Source: Candidatus Blackburnbacteria bacterium RIFCSPLOWO2_01_FULL_40_20
GTDB taxonomy: Bacteria > Patescibacteriota > Microgenomatia > UBA8517 > UBA10165
Length of the DNA stretch: 64,000 bases
Assembly (NCBI GenBank): GCA_001816475.1
Contig: MHCC01000027.1
Span: forward strand, 11,312 to 75,311
Direction: 5' to 3'
Under the pieces are notes generated by a model, which ran no database searches, was not told the DNA's origin, and was given only the letters and a program-made list of their open reading frames with translations. Below are positions 1 through 10,599 of the stretch, piece after piece; position 1 is the stretch's first letter; every line of letters starts with the position of its first letter. A program made the translations under genes and the position numbers.

Positions 1-115
1 AATTAAAACAAAATGAAAAATATGAAAATTACAGAAGGAGATATGAAGAAATTATTAAAAACTCTTCTTTTTGGCAAAATTATGTTGAGCAATTTCAGTT
101 GGCAAACATTAAATA

Positions 116-619
116 ATGAAGTTTATGTCAATTATAAGCGTAACCAAGACATTGAACAAATATATTCAAAACCCATGCGTAGGCTTACCAGATAAAGTAT
201 TCTATTTCATAAGCAGATTAACACCCTTAGTTAATGTTGATCTCTTAATAAGGGATGAAAAAGGACGTACACTTTTATCTTGGAGAGATGACAAATACAC
301 AGGTAAAGGGTGGCATATTCCAAGCGGTATTGTAAGATTCAAAGAAACCCTAGAGACAAGAGTTAAAAAAGTAGCCAAAACTGAAGCGGACATGGATGTT
401 AAATTTGAGAAAACTCCCATAACAATCAAACAATGTATCCATAACGATCGAGACACCAGAGGTCACTTTATATCAATTTTGTACAAATGTTACTTGCCTA
501 GTACTTTTATACCCCTTAACAAAAATTTATCAAAAAAACAACCACGCTATTTGAAATGGCACATTTCTTGTCCAAAAGATTTGATAAAAGCGCATGATAT
601 GTACAAGGAATTCATATGA
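116..619 (+). CDS. NUDIX hydrolase (GDP-mannose mannosyl hydrolase-like)
   Basis: Nudix-box-like segment GWHIPSGIVRFKETLETRVKKVAKTEAD; first gene of a sugar-modification operon, stop overlaps next start. Confidence 0.55.
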   Translation: MKFMSIISVTKTLNKYIQNPCVGLPDKVFYFISRLTPLVNVDLLIRDEKGRTLLSWRDDKYTGKGWHIPSGIVRFKETLETRVKKVAKTEADMDVKFEKTPITIKQCIHNDRDTRGHFISILYKCYLPSTFIPLNKNLSKKQPRYLKWHISCPKDLIKAHDMYKEFI

Positions 620-1653
620 GTAAAGAAAAAATCATTAGCGGACAGTCTCCAGGTGGAGAAAGAGTAAGACTTGCTGAAATCCTCCCTCTGGAAACCCCTT
701 ATGTAGTGCAAATTTTTCCAATTTATGCATGTAATTTAAAATGCAATTATTGCATTTTTCAGTTAAAAAAAACTGGAAGAGGTTTTATCTCCGACAAAGT
801 GAGCATGGGTATCGATTTATACAAGAAATGTATTGAAGACATGACAAAGTTTCCTCAGAAAATCAAAGTGCTTCGTTTCGTTGGAATTGGAGAACCACTC
901 TTGCATAAGAATATTACGGAAATGGTAGAATATGCAGCGTCAAAACGCATCGCAAACACAATTGAAATTATAACTAACGCATCTCTTTTAACTCCTAGAA
1001 TGTCAGATTCGCTTATTAAAGCAGGGCTCACGAGACTAGTCGTATCCATGCAAGGAACTTCTGCAGAAAAATATCAAGAAGTGTGTGGAACTAAAGTAGA
1101 TTTTGACGAGTTACTAAAAAACCTGCTTTATTTCTATAGCAACAAGACCTCAACACATGTATATGTCAAAATTGTAAATAGTGCGATAGAGGGAGAAGAA
1201 GACCAACAGAGATTCTACGATCTTTTTGGAAATCTCTGCGACTCAATGGCTATTGAGCATACCGTGCCTATTCACTCAGGCATAAACTACGAAAAAATAT
1301 TAAGCGGTAACGACGCACAATTTACACAATTCGGTTTACCAGTCTCAGAAGTCAAAATTTGCCCTCAACCTTTTTTTACAATGCAAATTAATCCCGACGG
1401 CAAAGTTGTTCCCTGTTATTCTTTTGAATATCCAAAAATAGTGGGTAATTGCAATATGCAAACGCCTACAGATATCTGGCAAAGCGAGCAATTCCAAAAT
1501 TTCAGAAGAACTATGTTTGAAGGGATCAAAAACGCCAGTGATGTTTGTGCAAATTGCAACATCATCAAATACAGACTTTTCCCAGAAGATGATTTAAGTA
1601 ATGACGCAGAACGACTTAAAAAGTATTATTACAAAGTGCCGCAAAATGAATAG
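616..1653 (+). CDS. radical SAM protein with SPASM-like C-terminal Cys cluster
   Basis: CNLKCNYC (CxxxCxxC) at N-term; C-terminal cysteines CPQP..PCYSF..CANCN resemble auxiliary cluster of SPASM domain; ATGA overlap with upstream gene. Confidence 0.8.
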   Translation: MSKEKIISGQSPGGERVRLAEILPLETPYVVQIFPIYACNLKCNYCIFQLKKTGRGFISDKVSMGIDLYKKCIEDMTKFPQKIKVLRFVGIGEPLLHKNITEMVEYAASKRIANTIEIITNASLLTPRMSDSLIKAGLTRLVVSMQGTSAEKYQEVCGTKVDFDELLKNLLYFYSNKTSTHVYVKIVNSAIEGEEDQQRFYDLFGNLCDSMAIEHTVPIHSGINYEKILSGNDAQFTQFGLPVSEVKICPQPFFTMQINPDGKVVPCYSFEYPKIVGNCNMQTPTDIWQSEQFQNFRRTMFEGIKNASDVCANCNIIKYRLFPEDDLSNDAERLKKYYYKVPQNE

Positions 1654-1737
1654 CTTTTGTTATTTAATTTGGATTGCAAGAAGCAAGTAACCACTCTCGG
1701 CCAAAACTTTAAAAATATTAATAGATAAAATGCAGGA

Positions 1738-2673
1738 ATGAAACGTCAAATAGCCATTTTAGGTTCTAGCTCTCATATAGCAAAAGGGTTAATAAACAAC
1801 TTTCTGCGTTATAGGGGCTACAATTTACACCTTTACACACGATCGGCAAACAAAGTTTACTACTTTTTAGGGGGAAGAGGGGAAGATTACAGAATTCACC
1901 AAAGGTACGATGTCTTGATGAATTATAAATATAACGTTTTAATAAACTGTGTCGGGGTCGGAACAGCAAGTAAATTGCAAGGTGATTACACAAAGTATTT
2001 TACAGTTAACGAAGAATATGACAACCTGGCAATTGGCTATTTATGTAAGTATCCCAATGCACTTTATATTAGTTTCAGTAGTGGGGTAGTTTATGGAAAG
2101 GACTATACAAAGCCAGCAAACAAAAATACAACAAATAAAATTCCCGTGAACCAAATTGTCAAGGAAAATTATTACTCGATAGTTAAACTTAATTCTGAAG
2201 CAAAACACAGGTCTTTTGAAAATCTGAGAATTGTGGACCTTAGAATATTCTCTTACTTTAGTAGATTTATCGATCTAACGGACAATTACTTTGTTTGCGA
2301 AATAATAAACTGTATTCTTAATAAGAAAACCTTTATAACTAATGATGCAAACATAACAAGGGACTATATTCACCCCAAGGACCTTTTTTTAATAATCAAG
2401 AAGTGCATAGAAATTGGAAATCTTAATACTGCATTTGATGTGACAAGCGCCAAGTCTGTCAAAAAAAGAGAAATACTTGACTATTTTTCAGAAAATTACG
2501 GTTTGAAGTACAAGATTGTACCTTCTGTAGAAAATGCCAGTCCGACAGGACAGAAGAATATATATTATTCAAAATATAATAAACTAGCCCAATTTGGGTA
2601 TAAACCAGCACTTACCTCAATGGAAACGATTAAACAGGAATCAAGATATATATTGAACAACAGAAAGTCTTAA
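1738..2673 (+). CDS. extended-SDR NAD(P)-dependent sugar epimerase/reductase (ColC/RfbJ-like)
   Basis: N-terminal Rossmann-like [19 protein letters not shown] and YSIVK (YxxxK) motifs; 311 aa. Confidence 0.5.
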   Translation: MKRQIAILGSSSHIAKGLINNFLRYRGYNLHLYTRSANKVYYFLGGRGEDYRIHQRYDVLMNYKYNVLINCVGVGTASKLQGDYTKYFTVNEEYDNLAIGYLCKYPNALYISFSSGVVYGKDYTKPANKNTTNKIPVNQIVKENYYSIVKLNSEAKHRSFENLRIVDLRIFSYFSRFIDLTDNYFVCEIINCILNKKTFITNDANITRDYIHPKDLFLIIKKCIEIGNLNTAFDVTSAKSVKKREILDYFSENYGLKYKIVPSVENASPTGQKNIYYSKYNKLAQFGYKPALTSMETIKQESRYILNNRKS

Positions 2674-2678
2674 TAAAA

Positions 2679-4010
2679 ATGGAAAAACCAATCACCCTTA
2701 AGCTTCAAATTCTGGATTTAGTCAAACAATATTCTGAAGTTACATGGCCTGAAAAAAAGTTTGTTGCCGGCAAAACTCCAGTCCCCGTCTCGGGACGTGT
2801 TTTTGATTTTGATGACGTCTCTAGTCTTGCTGATGCCACATTAGACTTTTGGTTAACTACTGGGCGTTTTGCCGCACAATTTGAACAGGATTTTGCAAAA
2901 TTATTGAAGGCAAAATATGCTATTCTTTGCAATTCCGGTTCCTCAGCAAATTTGCTAGCCGTATCATGTTTAACTTCCCAAAAGCTTGGCAAACAACAAC
3001 TCAAAGAAGGAGATGAGATCATTACGCTTGCTGCTGGATTTCCAACAACAGTTAATCCAATTATTCAAAACAGACTAGTCCCGGTCTTTGTTGATATCGA
3101 CATACCGTCATATAACATTAAAGTTGATCTAATCGAAAAAGCCATTGGCGCAAGAACTCGTGCAATAATGATTGCCCACACATTAGGTAACCCGTTTGAT
3201 GTTGATAAAGTCCTGGCAATTGCCAAAAAAAACAATCTTTGGTTAATTGAAGACAATTGTGATGCGTTGGGCTCAACTTACAAGGATCGCCTTACCGGAA
3301 CCTTTGGCGATCTCTCGACCGTCAGTTTTTATCCAGCACACCATATTACGATGGGTGAAGGAGGATGTGTTGTAACAAATCAGCCAAAATTAAAAATCTT
3401 AGTCGAATCTTTCCGTGACTGGGGTAGAAGTTGCTGGTGTAATCCTGGAAAAGATAATACTTGCGGAAAAAGATTTGAGTGGGAACTTGGAACTCTCCCC
3501 TGCGGGTACGATCACAAATATACATACGACCATGTTGGCTATAACCTCAAGTTAACCGATCTTCAAGCAGCAGTTGGAGTAGCTCAACTTAAAAAACTTC
3601 CAAACTTCATAAAAATTCGTAAAGAAAACTGGCAATATCTACGCAAGGGTCTTGAAAATTTACAGGAGTACTTTATTTTACCTGAGCCAACACCTAAAAG
3701 CGATCCAAGCTGGTTTGGATTTGCCATTACTGTTAGACCAGACGCTCCATTCACCAGAAACCAACTAATTCAATACCTTGACAGCAGAAAAATTGGGACA
3801 CGTCTTCTGTTTGGTGGAAATCTAACTCGCCAACCAGCTTATCAAGGACTTAAATATCGAGTCACAGGAAATCTTACAAATACCGATTTTATAGCGAACC
3901 AGACATTCTGGATTGGTGTTTATCCTGGACTCGGGCACAAGCACCTTAATTATGTTCTAGAAATAATTAATAAAATCTGTCTAAAACCCAGTTTCGCATT
4001 ACGCAAATAA
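2679..4010 (+). CDS. PLP-dependent sugar 3-dehydratase of DegT family (RfbH/DdhC E1- or ColD-type)
   Basis: DegT/DnrJ/EryC1 fold; [13 protein letters not shown] has His where aminotransferases carry the Schiff-base Lys, the hallmark of E1/ColD 3-dehydratases; 443 aa. Confidence 0.75.
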   Translation: MEKPITLKLQILDLVKQYSEVTWPEKKFVAGKTPVPVSGRVFDFDDVSSLADATLDFWLTTGRFAAQFEQDFAKLLKAKYAILCNSGSSANLLAVSCLTSQKLGKQQLKEGDEIITLAAGFPTTVNPIIQNRLVPVFVDIDIPSYNIKVDLIEKAIGARTRAIMIAHTLGNPFDVDKVLAIAKKNNLWLIEDNCDALGSTYKDRLTGTFGDLSTVSFYPAHHITMGEGGCVVTNQPKLKILVESFRDWGRSCWCNPGKDNTCGKRFEWELGTLPCGYDHKYTYDHVGYNLKLTDLQAAVGVAQLKKLPNFIKIRKENWQYLRKGLENLQEYFILPEPTPKSDPSWFGFAITVRPDAPFTRNQLIQYLDSRKIGTRLLFGGNLTRQPAYQGLKYRVTGNLTNTDFIANQTFWIGVYPGLGHKHLNYVLEIINKICLKPSFALRK

Positions 4011-4063
4011 TAGGAACTCGTAAATATTGTCGCACAACCTTATTTGTGCTAATAAAGTTATAG

Positions 4064-5788
4064 TTGCTTTTTGCAATGCGCGTAAATACAATAAGTACCT
4101 GCACGGGGTTTGTAATAATGGAAAAAATATTATTTGTTATACCACCATATGTCAGTTTTGACAGTTTTGTAAATCCTGCCTTCAACGACGGAACAACAAC
4201 AAAAAAATCTGGAAAATACAGAAATATTGTTGCCGATTTTCCTATGGGAGTGTTATCTTTAAGCGCTTATTTAAAGAAAAACGCAAACGTAGAAGTAAAA
4301 CTTATCGACTTTAATATTGTTCTAAACAAGCTTGAAAGTTTCGAATATAAATCTTTTTCTGAACTATTCAACGACATCCTTTCGTCAAAAAAATATGTCG
4401 AGTTTGTACCAACCATAATCGGAATATCAACATTATTTACTCCGGCATACTACAACATGTTAGACATTGCAAAAGTTTGCAAAAAGTTATTCTCAAACTC
4501 TTTAATAGTAGCTGGTGGTGGCGTACCTACAAACATGTATAGGGAAATATTTAAGGTTAGCAAAAGTTTTGATGCGCTATGTTTTGGCGAAGGAGAAAAA
4601 CCCATGTTAGACCTAATACAGACAAAGAACAAGTATCTGCATATTAATAATAATCCTTCTTGGATTACTTACAAGAAGATTCGCACCAAAAAATCGTTTC
4701 GACATAATTTTATCATTGATCTTGACGAGATACCATTTTTTGACCTAGATATTATCAAAATAGACGACTATCGATTGACCTCTGTTTTATCAACATTCCC
4801 GCTGGCGAAAGAAAGGATGAAAGGTATGTCTTTTATGACTTCAAGGGGCTGTGTGCATCGTTGTTGCTTCTGTGCATCTCACTCAGTCCATGGGAGACAA
4901 ATGCGATTCCATAGTATTGTCCGAATAGAAAACGATTTAAGAAAATTGAAACGGGACTACGGAATCAAGCTCGTTGTTTTTTTTGACGATCATTTTATGG
5001 CAAACAGAGAGAGGGTTTTTAAGATTGTCAATATTATGAAAAATTTACAGTTGACCGCTTTTTTCCCTGCCTCGCTAACACTTTATGCATTAGATAGAAA
5101 AATGTTAGAAGCTTTAAAAAGCATTGGTCTAAACGAACTCGTTTTGTCAGTAGAATCAGGAAGCGATAAAGTTTTAAGAGAAGTTATGCACAAACCTCTC
5201 AACCTATCTATAGTAAAGCGTGTTATCAAAGATTGCCAAGAATTAGGTATAGATACTGACGTGGCTATTTTAATTGGTCTTCCTGGCGAGACGAAAAAAG
5301 ATATCGAAGACACACGATCGTTCTTAAAAACACTCAATGCAACATGGTTTAGAATTAACATCGCTACACCTCTTGCTGGAAGTGAAATGCTTGAAATATG
5401 CTTAAGAAAAAATTATTTAAAAGGCGATTATATCAGTTGTGATTTTAAAAGACCTGTTATTGGAACCGAAGACTTCACCCCAGAATATATACAAGAAAAA
5501 GCTTATGCGCTAAATCTAGAACTCAATTTCGTAGAAAACAGCGACTTTAAACTTGGAAATTACAAAAAAGCATTAAGGGGATTTGAAAATACAATAAGAG
5601 TAAAAAATGATCATGCATTTGCATATTACTTTGCAGCAAGATGTTGCAAATCGCTGAAGCAAAATAAAAAATATATGGAGTACAAAAACAACTATAAAAA
5701 AATTATAAAAGACTCAGAATTTTGGAGAAACTACTTCAGGCAATTTAACCTGGAACCATTGAGGTATGACCTAACATATCTTAACTAA
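4064..5788 (+). CDS. B12-binding radical SAM protein (class B, methyltransferase-like)
   Basis: N-terminal B12-binding Rossmann region then GCVHRCCFC (CxxxCxxC); likely true start ATG at 4118 (MEKILFVIPP). Confidence 0.8.
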   Translation: MLFAMRVNTISTCTGFVIMEKILFVIPPYVSFDSFVNPAFNDGTTTKKSGKYRNIVADFPMGVLSLSAYLKKNANVEVKLIDFNIVLNKLESFEYKSFSELFNDILSSKKYVEFVPTIIGISTLFTPAYYNMLDIAKVCKKLFSNSLIVAGGGVPTNMYREIFKVSKSFDALCFGEGEKPMLDLIQTKNKYLHINNNPSWITYKKIRTKKSFRHNFIIDLDEIPFFDLDIIKIDDYRLTSVLSTFPLAKERMKGMSFMTSRGCVHRCCFCASHSVHGRQMRFHSIVRIENDLRKLKRDYGIKLVVFFDDHFMANRERVFKIVNIMKNLQLTAFFPASLTLYALDRKMLEALKSIGLNELVLSVESGSDKVLREVMHKPLNLSIVKRVIKDCQELGIDTDVAILIGLPGETKKDIEDTRSFLKTLNATWFRINIATPLAGSEMLEICLRKNYLKGDYISCDFKRPVIGTEDFTPEYIQEKAYALNLELNFVENSDFKLGNYKKALRGFENTIRVKNDHAFAYYFAARCCKSLKQNKKYMEYKNNYKKIIKDSEFWRNYFRQFNLEPLRYDLTYLN

Positions 5789-5789
5789 A

Positions 5790-6719
5790 ATGAAATTAAT
5801 CAGCATAGTGACTCCTTGCTATAACGAAGAAGGCAATATTAAAGAAGTTTATTGTCAGGTAAAAGAAGTTTTTAGTAAATTGAAAGCTTATAAATATGAA
5901 CACATTTTTATCGACAATGTATCAAAAGACAAAACATTATCAATTTTAAAAAATATTGCAAATAAAGACAGAAACGTAAAAATAATTGTAAATGCAAAAA
6001 ATTTCGGTGTCTTACGTTCTGGAAATCACGCACTTCTTCAAGCACAAGGCGACGCAGTAATAACAATGGTCGCTGACTTGCAAGATCCGCCTTGGATGAT
6101 TGAGAATTTTATCAAAAAATGGGAAGATGGATACAAAATTGTCGTTGGTATTAAAAAAAAGAGTGAAGAGAATGTGCTAATGTTCCAAGCAAGAAAGCTG
6201 TATTATAGTTTTGTAAGCCGGATTGCCGAAACCGAACACATAAAAAACTTCACAGGATTCGGACTTTATGATAAATCCTTCATAAATATCTTAAGAGGAC
6301 TGAATGATCCATATCCTTACTTCAGAGGGCTTGTTTCAGAATTGGGCTATGAAAGATTTGAGATCAAATACGAACAACCCGTAAGAAAAAGAGGAAAGAC
6401 AAATAATAACATTTATGTCTTATTCGACACCGCAATGCTTGGACTAACTAATCATTCAAAAGTTCCTCTCCGGCTTGCCACGATGACCGGATTCTTCGTA
6501 GCATCACTGTGTCTTCTGACAGCTCTTGGGTATTTTATCTACAAACTCGCATTTTGGAATAGTTTTTCCGTCGGTATGGCGCCACTCGTAATTGGATTAT
6601 TTTTCTTTGCTTCAATTCAACTGTTTTTCCTGGGGATAATAGGGGAATATATCGGGTCAATTCATACGCGAATACTCAATAGACCGCTGGTTATTGAAAA
6701 AGAACGCATAAATTTCTAA
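5790..6719 (+). CDS. GT2 polyprenyl-phosphate sugar transferase (GtrB/ArnC/DPM1-like)
   Basis: LISIVTPCYNEEGNI N-terminus, D..D region, two C-terminal TM helices typical of GtrB family; 309 aa. Confidence 0.8.
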   Translation: MKLISIVTPCYNEEGNIKEVYCQVKEVFSKLKAYKYEHIFIDNVSKDKTLSILKNIANKDRNVKIIVNAKNFGVLRSGNHALLQAQGDAVITMVADLQDPPWMIENFIKKWEDGYKIVVGIKKKSEENVLMFQARKLYYSFVSRIAETEHIKNFTGFGLYDKSFINILRGLNDPYPYFRGLVSELGYERFEIKYEQPVRKRGKTNNNIYVLFDTAMLGLTNHSKVPLRLATMTGFFVASLCLLTALGYFIYKLAFWNSFSVGMAPLVIGLFFFASIQLFFLGIIGEYIGSIHTRILNRPLVIEKERINF

Positions 6720-6778
6720 AAATCTTCGTTCATCGTTCTTCATTTCCATGATTAAATCGATTAAAATAAACAAGGCTT

Positions 6779-8254
6779 ATGAAAAAGATTATTTTCCAGA
6801 TACTCTTGTTTTTTATATCAATCTCCCCTTTTATTTTATCCAATTATCTTCTGTTCCTTAAAGACCCTCCTATTTGGCCAGATGAGCCTGTTTTTCTCAA
6901 TATGGCCAATAATTTGGTAACAATTGGAAAATTGGCTATGAATATAGTTGGCGACCCCAACGCGGAACAAAGTGGAGGCGGATACCCCCCACTCTATTTT
7001 TATATACTTGGTGTTTGGACTAGCACTTTTGGAAATTCGATAGAAACAGTAAGATCAATGTCGCTTCTCTTAGCCTTTTTTTCACTTCTTGTCTTTTTTC
7101 TACTTGCCAACAAAATATTCAACAATTTTCGTTTGGCTGCAATTGGAACATTTATACTTTCTTTAGATGTCCATTTTTCCCGATCGTCAAGAACCGGCAG
7201 GATGGAAATCCTAACATTTTTTTTCTTTTTACTGTCAATTCTTTTATTACTGTGCGCTCAAAAAAGTAAGAAATTTTTCTGGTATTTGTTTTCTGGATTT
7301 GCCGCGGCACTGGCTACATTGTCACATGCTGCAGGTTTTGTAGCACCCATTGTTTTAATGGTTGGAGAACTAACTGTCCCGGAAAATAACCGCAAAAAAC
7401 TTTGCAAAATATTAATACTTATTATACCAACTGTGCTATTAAATTTAATTTGGATAGTTAGCAAAAAAGGGTCAGTCGATTTTATTGCCTCTGCGTTTTC
7501 AATACAATTCCAAGACAAAGCCTCAAAGATCCCTTATATTTTTGTGCTTTTTCAATCAGATTTTTCTTGGTGTTTGTTGTTTTTGGCTTATGCGACAATA
7601 ATTGCCACATCTTTAATTTTGCTAATAAAATTTTTCAAGCGAGAACATTTATTTATCCTTACTGGATCAATAGTATCAGCAATGTTTGTAATCTTTGGAA
7701 AAGAAGGTGGATATATTATTTATTTACAACCTTTCATTGTTCTAAATATTATCTATGTCCTCACTAAGAGGGTCGAACTAATAAATGAGACTGCAAAAAT
7801 AGGAATAGTTTGCCTTGCTTTAATTGTAATAGTCTCTTATATAAACATACAGTTTTTCAACAACGACAACATCGGTATAACAAGATCTGGTGTCAATTCA
7901 ATTTGGGACAGTAAAAACTACAACTACCACCAGTTTAGCAACGAAATTGCAGAAAAACTACCTAAAAACAAGAATTTAACACTTTTTCTTTCTGCCGCGC
8001 CTGACCCTTATTTTGATTTAGTAAAAAACAGTCAATATAGAATTTACGAAATGGTTTCCCCGTCTGCTCCTCTATCTGATAGCTTATATAAAAAGCTTTT
8101 GGATTCCACAGACTACATCATATTCACCTGGATCCCGCATCAATATTTGGCAGATTATATAAATAAAAACAAAGAAGAGTTCATTCATGTTGGACAAGAA
8201 GATACTTATCAAGCAACAATTGTAAAACTCAAACCGCTAAAAGATCGTATCTAA
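6779..8254 (+). CDS. GT-C fold membrane glycosyltransferase (GT39/GT83 ArnT/PMT-like)
   Basis: Polytopic membrane protein, N-terminal loop PDEPVF motif, ~12 predicted TM helices, follows GtrB-like GT2. Confidence 0.55.
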   Translation: MKKIIFQILLFFISISPFILSNYLLFLKDPPIWPDEPVFLNMANNLVTIGKLAMNIVGDPNAEQSGGGYPPLYFYILGVWTSTFGNSIETVRSMSLLLAFFSLLVFFLLANKIFNNFRLAAIGTFILSLDVHFSRSSRTGRMEILTFFFFLLSILLLLCAQKSKKFFWYLFSGFAAALATLSHAAGFVAPIVLMVGELTVPENNRKKLCKILILIIPTVLLNLIWIVSKKGSVDFIASAFSIQFQDKASKIPYIFVLFQSDFSWCLLFLAYATIIATSLILLIKFFKREHLFILTGSIVSAMFVIFGKEGGYIIYLQPFIVLNIIYVLTKRVELINETAKIGIVCLALIVIVSYINIQFFNNDNIGITRSGVNSIWDSKNYNYHQFSNEIAEKLPKNKNLTLFLSAAPDPYFDLVKNSQYRIYEMVSPSAPLSDSLYKKLLDSTDYIIFTWIPHQYLADYINKNKEEFIHVGQEDTYQATIVKLKPLKDRI

Positions 8255-8296
8255 GCTTCCTTCGAAAACTCAATTCTGGTAAAATTAACAAGCTAC

Positions 8297-8728
8297 ATGA
8301 ATAAAACACTTACTAACAGAATAATTTTTTTGTTGTCAATTTCAGGACTTCTTGTTAGTCTGTATTTGCTCAAGACCTACACTTCCCAATCTGCAATTGC
8401 CTGTTTTAGTGGCGAAGGTTGTGACATTGTCAGAAAAAGTACTTATGCATATCCCCTTGGAATTCCAATGCCAGCAATAGGAATTTTTGGATTTGGCATA
8501 ACGGCTATGTTAAGTTTTTTGATAACTCTAAAACACAAGTTTCACGCGCAATTTGTGCGTGTCCTTTTGTTAATTTCTTTCCTTGGATTCTCGTTCGTGG
8601 TATACTTAACTTCCTTAGAAATTTGGGTAATTAAGGCATTTTGTTCCTGGTGTTTAACTGCGGCAGGTTTACAGTTGCTAATATTCTCACTTTCAATATA
8701 CCTTTTTCTAAATGAATCAAGAAACTAA
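8297..8728 (+). CDS. vitamin K epoxide reductase (VKOR) family protein
   Basis: 4-5 TM protein with loop Cys pair CFSGEGC and CSWC redox motif in last TM; directly upstream of DsbA. Confidence 0.75.
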   Translation: MNKTLTNRIIFLLSISGLLVSLYLLKTYTSQSAIACFSGEGCDIVRKSTYAYPLGIPMPAIGIFGFGITAMLSFLITLKHKFHAQFVRVLLLISFLGFSFVVYLTSLEIWVIKAFCSWCLTAAGLQLLIFSLSIYLFLNESRN

Positions 8729-9332
8729 AGTTTTTATTGGTATCGGCGTAATCACTGTGGCTATATTAATAGGCGCAGTTTTTCTTTTTAGTAAACCACA
8801 AAGTGTACCGCAAGCAGCAGACACAAGGGTTGTACTGGGTGCCCAACAACAATCGGTGGGCCCTGAAAATTCACAGGTTACACTTATTGAGTTTTCAGAC
8901 TTCCAGTGTCCGGCTTGCAAAGCGGCTTGGCCAACAGTTGAAGCGCTTACCAAAGCCTATCCAAACCAACTCAGATTTGTATATCGCCACTTCCCTCTTC
9001 CCCAACACAAATTTGCAAAAGACGCGGCCTACGCCGCAGAAGCTGCGGGGAAACAAGGTAAGTTTTGGGAAATGTCCAACCTTCTTTTTGAAAACCAAGA
9101 AAGTATTTCCCCCGAGCTTTTCCCTAAATTGGCAGACGAACTTAGATTAGACCTAGAGCAATTCAAAAAAGACATGGAAAGTCAAGAAATTAAAGACAAA
9201 GTTGAGGCAGATTTGAATGATGCTCGTACATTAGGTGTAAACTCTACACCCACATTTTATTTGAATGGTACAAAAGTAAACTTGGCAAATTTTGACGACT
9301 TAAAAACACAAGTTGAAAAGTCACTCCGATAA
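8712..9332 (+). CDS. DsbA-family thiol:disulfide oxidoreductase
   Basis: N-terminal TM anchor, thioredoxin CPAC active site (FSDFQCPACK), DsbA-length. Confidence 0.8.
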   Translation: MNQETKVFIGIGVITVAILIGAVFLFSKPQSVPQAADTRVVLGAQQQSVGPENSQVTLIEFSDFQCPACKAAWPTVEALTKAYPNQLRFVYRHFPLPQHKFAKDAAYAAEAAGKQGKFWEMSNLLFENQESISPELFPKLADELRLDLEQFKKDMESQEIKDKVEADLNDARTLGVNSTPTFYLNGTKVNLANFDDLKTQVEKSLR

Positions 9333-10563
9333 GTTGGTATTAAATATGTCCCCAAAAATATTAGTACTAGGTGGAGGTTTTGCAGGGGTAAGAGCAGCAC
9401 TTGACCTTTCAAAACTTTTGCCCAATGGCGACATCACCTTAATTTCCAAATCAAGCTACCACTGTTTTGTGCCAGATTTATACGAAATAGCAACAGCAAT
9501 AATTAAAAATGAACATCGTGCGGATTTCAAAAACTTAAGAGGAACTGTAAATATACCCTTGGACGAAATATTTGGAAAAACAAAAGTAAAAGTTATCATA
9601 GATGAGATCAAAAATATTGACTTAGTACGACAGGTTGTAAACACAACAAAAGAAAATCTTGAGTATAACTATTTGGTAATCTGCTTGGGTAGTACAACAA
9701 ACTATAAAAACATCGAGGGTGCACAAAATTTTTCCCATCCCTTTAAAACCACAGAAGATGCTTTAAATATTCGAAACGACATTGATGAGCTGGTTTCCAA
9801 ATCTCCAAGACCAATCGAAGTTGTTATCGCAGGTGGCGGTTTTACTGGTTGTGAGCTATCTGCGGAACTTTCAGGGTTTTTGTCCAAACTCTCAACAACA
9901 CACAAAAAAGGGTTAGGAAAAATAGCAGTCCTTCAATCTAAAGATGCAATTCTATCTGGAATGTCAAAATGGGCGCAAGATGAAGCTTTAAAAAGACTTA
10001 AAAAACTAAAGGTGATAATTTTAACCAATCACAAAATACAAAAAATTACCCAAGCTGAGATTGTTTGCGAGAATCAAGAACGTCTAACTTTTGACTATTT
10101 GATTTGGACAACAGGAATTAAGAGTGCTTTTACCAATATTAATGGAATCAAGTTAAACAATCGTGGACAAATAAAAGTATCCAAAACATTGAATATAGAA
10201 AATTTTCCAGATGTCTTTGCTGTAGGTGATATTGCAGAATTCTGGGATGAAAAAGGAAATGCTCTTGTTCCACAAACAGCCTGGGTAGCAATCGGTCAGG
10301 CAAAAATAGCAGCTCGCAATATAGCTTCTTCATACAACAATCTTAAGTTGAAAAAATATTCGCCACTCAGCCCGGTGTTTATAGTGCCTGTTGGACAAAA
10401 ATTTGCCATATCAAACATGTTTGGTCTAAATACCAAGGGCTTGTTTGTTTGGTTTGCAAGAAGACTTGTCTCGTTAAAGTATCTTACATCTGTGCTCTCA
10501 CCCAACAAGGCGTTATTACTTTGGCTACAAGGTGCAAGAATTTACATTAAAAACGACACTTGA
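9313..10563 (+). CDS. FAD/NAD(P)-dependent oxidoreductase, type II NADH dehydrogenase (NDH-2)-like
   Basis: Two dinucleotide-binding motifs LVLGGGFAGV and VIAGGGFTGCE; 416 aa pyridine nucleotide-disulfide oxidoreductase fold. Confidence 0.7.
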   Translation: MKSHSDKLVLNMSPKILVLGGGFAGVRAALDLSKLLPNGDITLISKSSYHCFVPDLYEIATAIIKNEHRADFKNLRGTVNIPLDEIFGKTKVKVIIDEIKNIDLVRQVVNTTKENLEYNYLVICLGSTTNYKNIEGAQNFSHPFKTTEDALNIRNDIDELVSKSPRPIEVVIAGGGFTGCELSAELSGFLSKLSTTHKKGLGKIAVLQSKDAILSGMSKWAQDEALKRLKKLKVIILTNHKIQKITQAEIVCENQERLTFDYLIWTTGIKSAFTNINGIKLNNRGQIKVSKTLNIENFPDVFAVGDIAEFWDEKGNALVPQTAWVAIGQAKIAARNIASSYNNLKLKKYSPLSPVFIVPVGQKFAISNMFGLNTKGLFVWFARRLVSLKYLTSVLSPNKALLLWLQGARIYIKNDT

Positions 10564-10589
10564 CATGAAGCAACTATATCTAATAGACT
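10560..10589 (+). promoter_or_regulatory. candidate sigma70-like promoter (TTGACA-N18-TAGACT)
   Basis: TTGACA at 10560-10565 overlapping NDH-2 stop, TAGACT at 10584-10589; faces the ORF-poor GC-rich island. Confidence 0.3.
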
Positions 10590-10599
10590 ATAAGTGGTT

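Noticed and set aside
4064-4117. Upstream ATG start for the B12-radical SAM gene
   Set aside because: The 18-codon extension (MLFAMRVNTISTCTGFVI) has no RBS and is atypical. ATG 4118 (MEKILFVIPP) fits the family N-terminus better. Coordinates are kept as in the track with a note.
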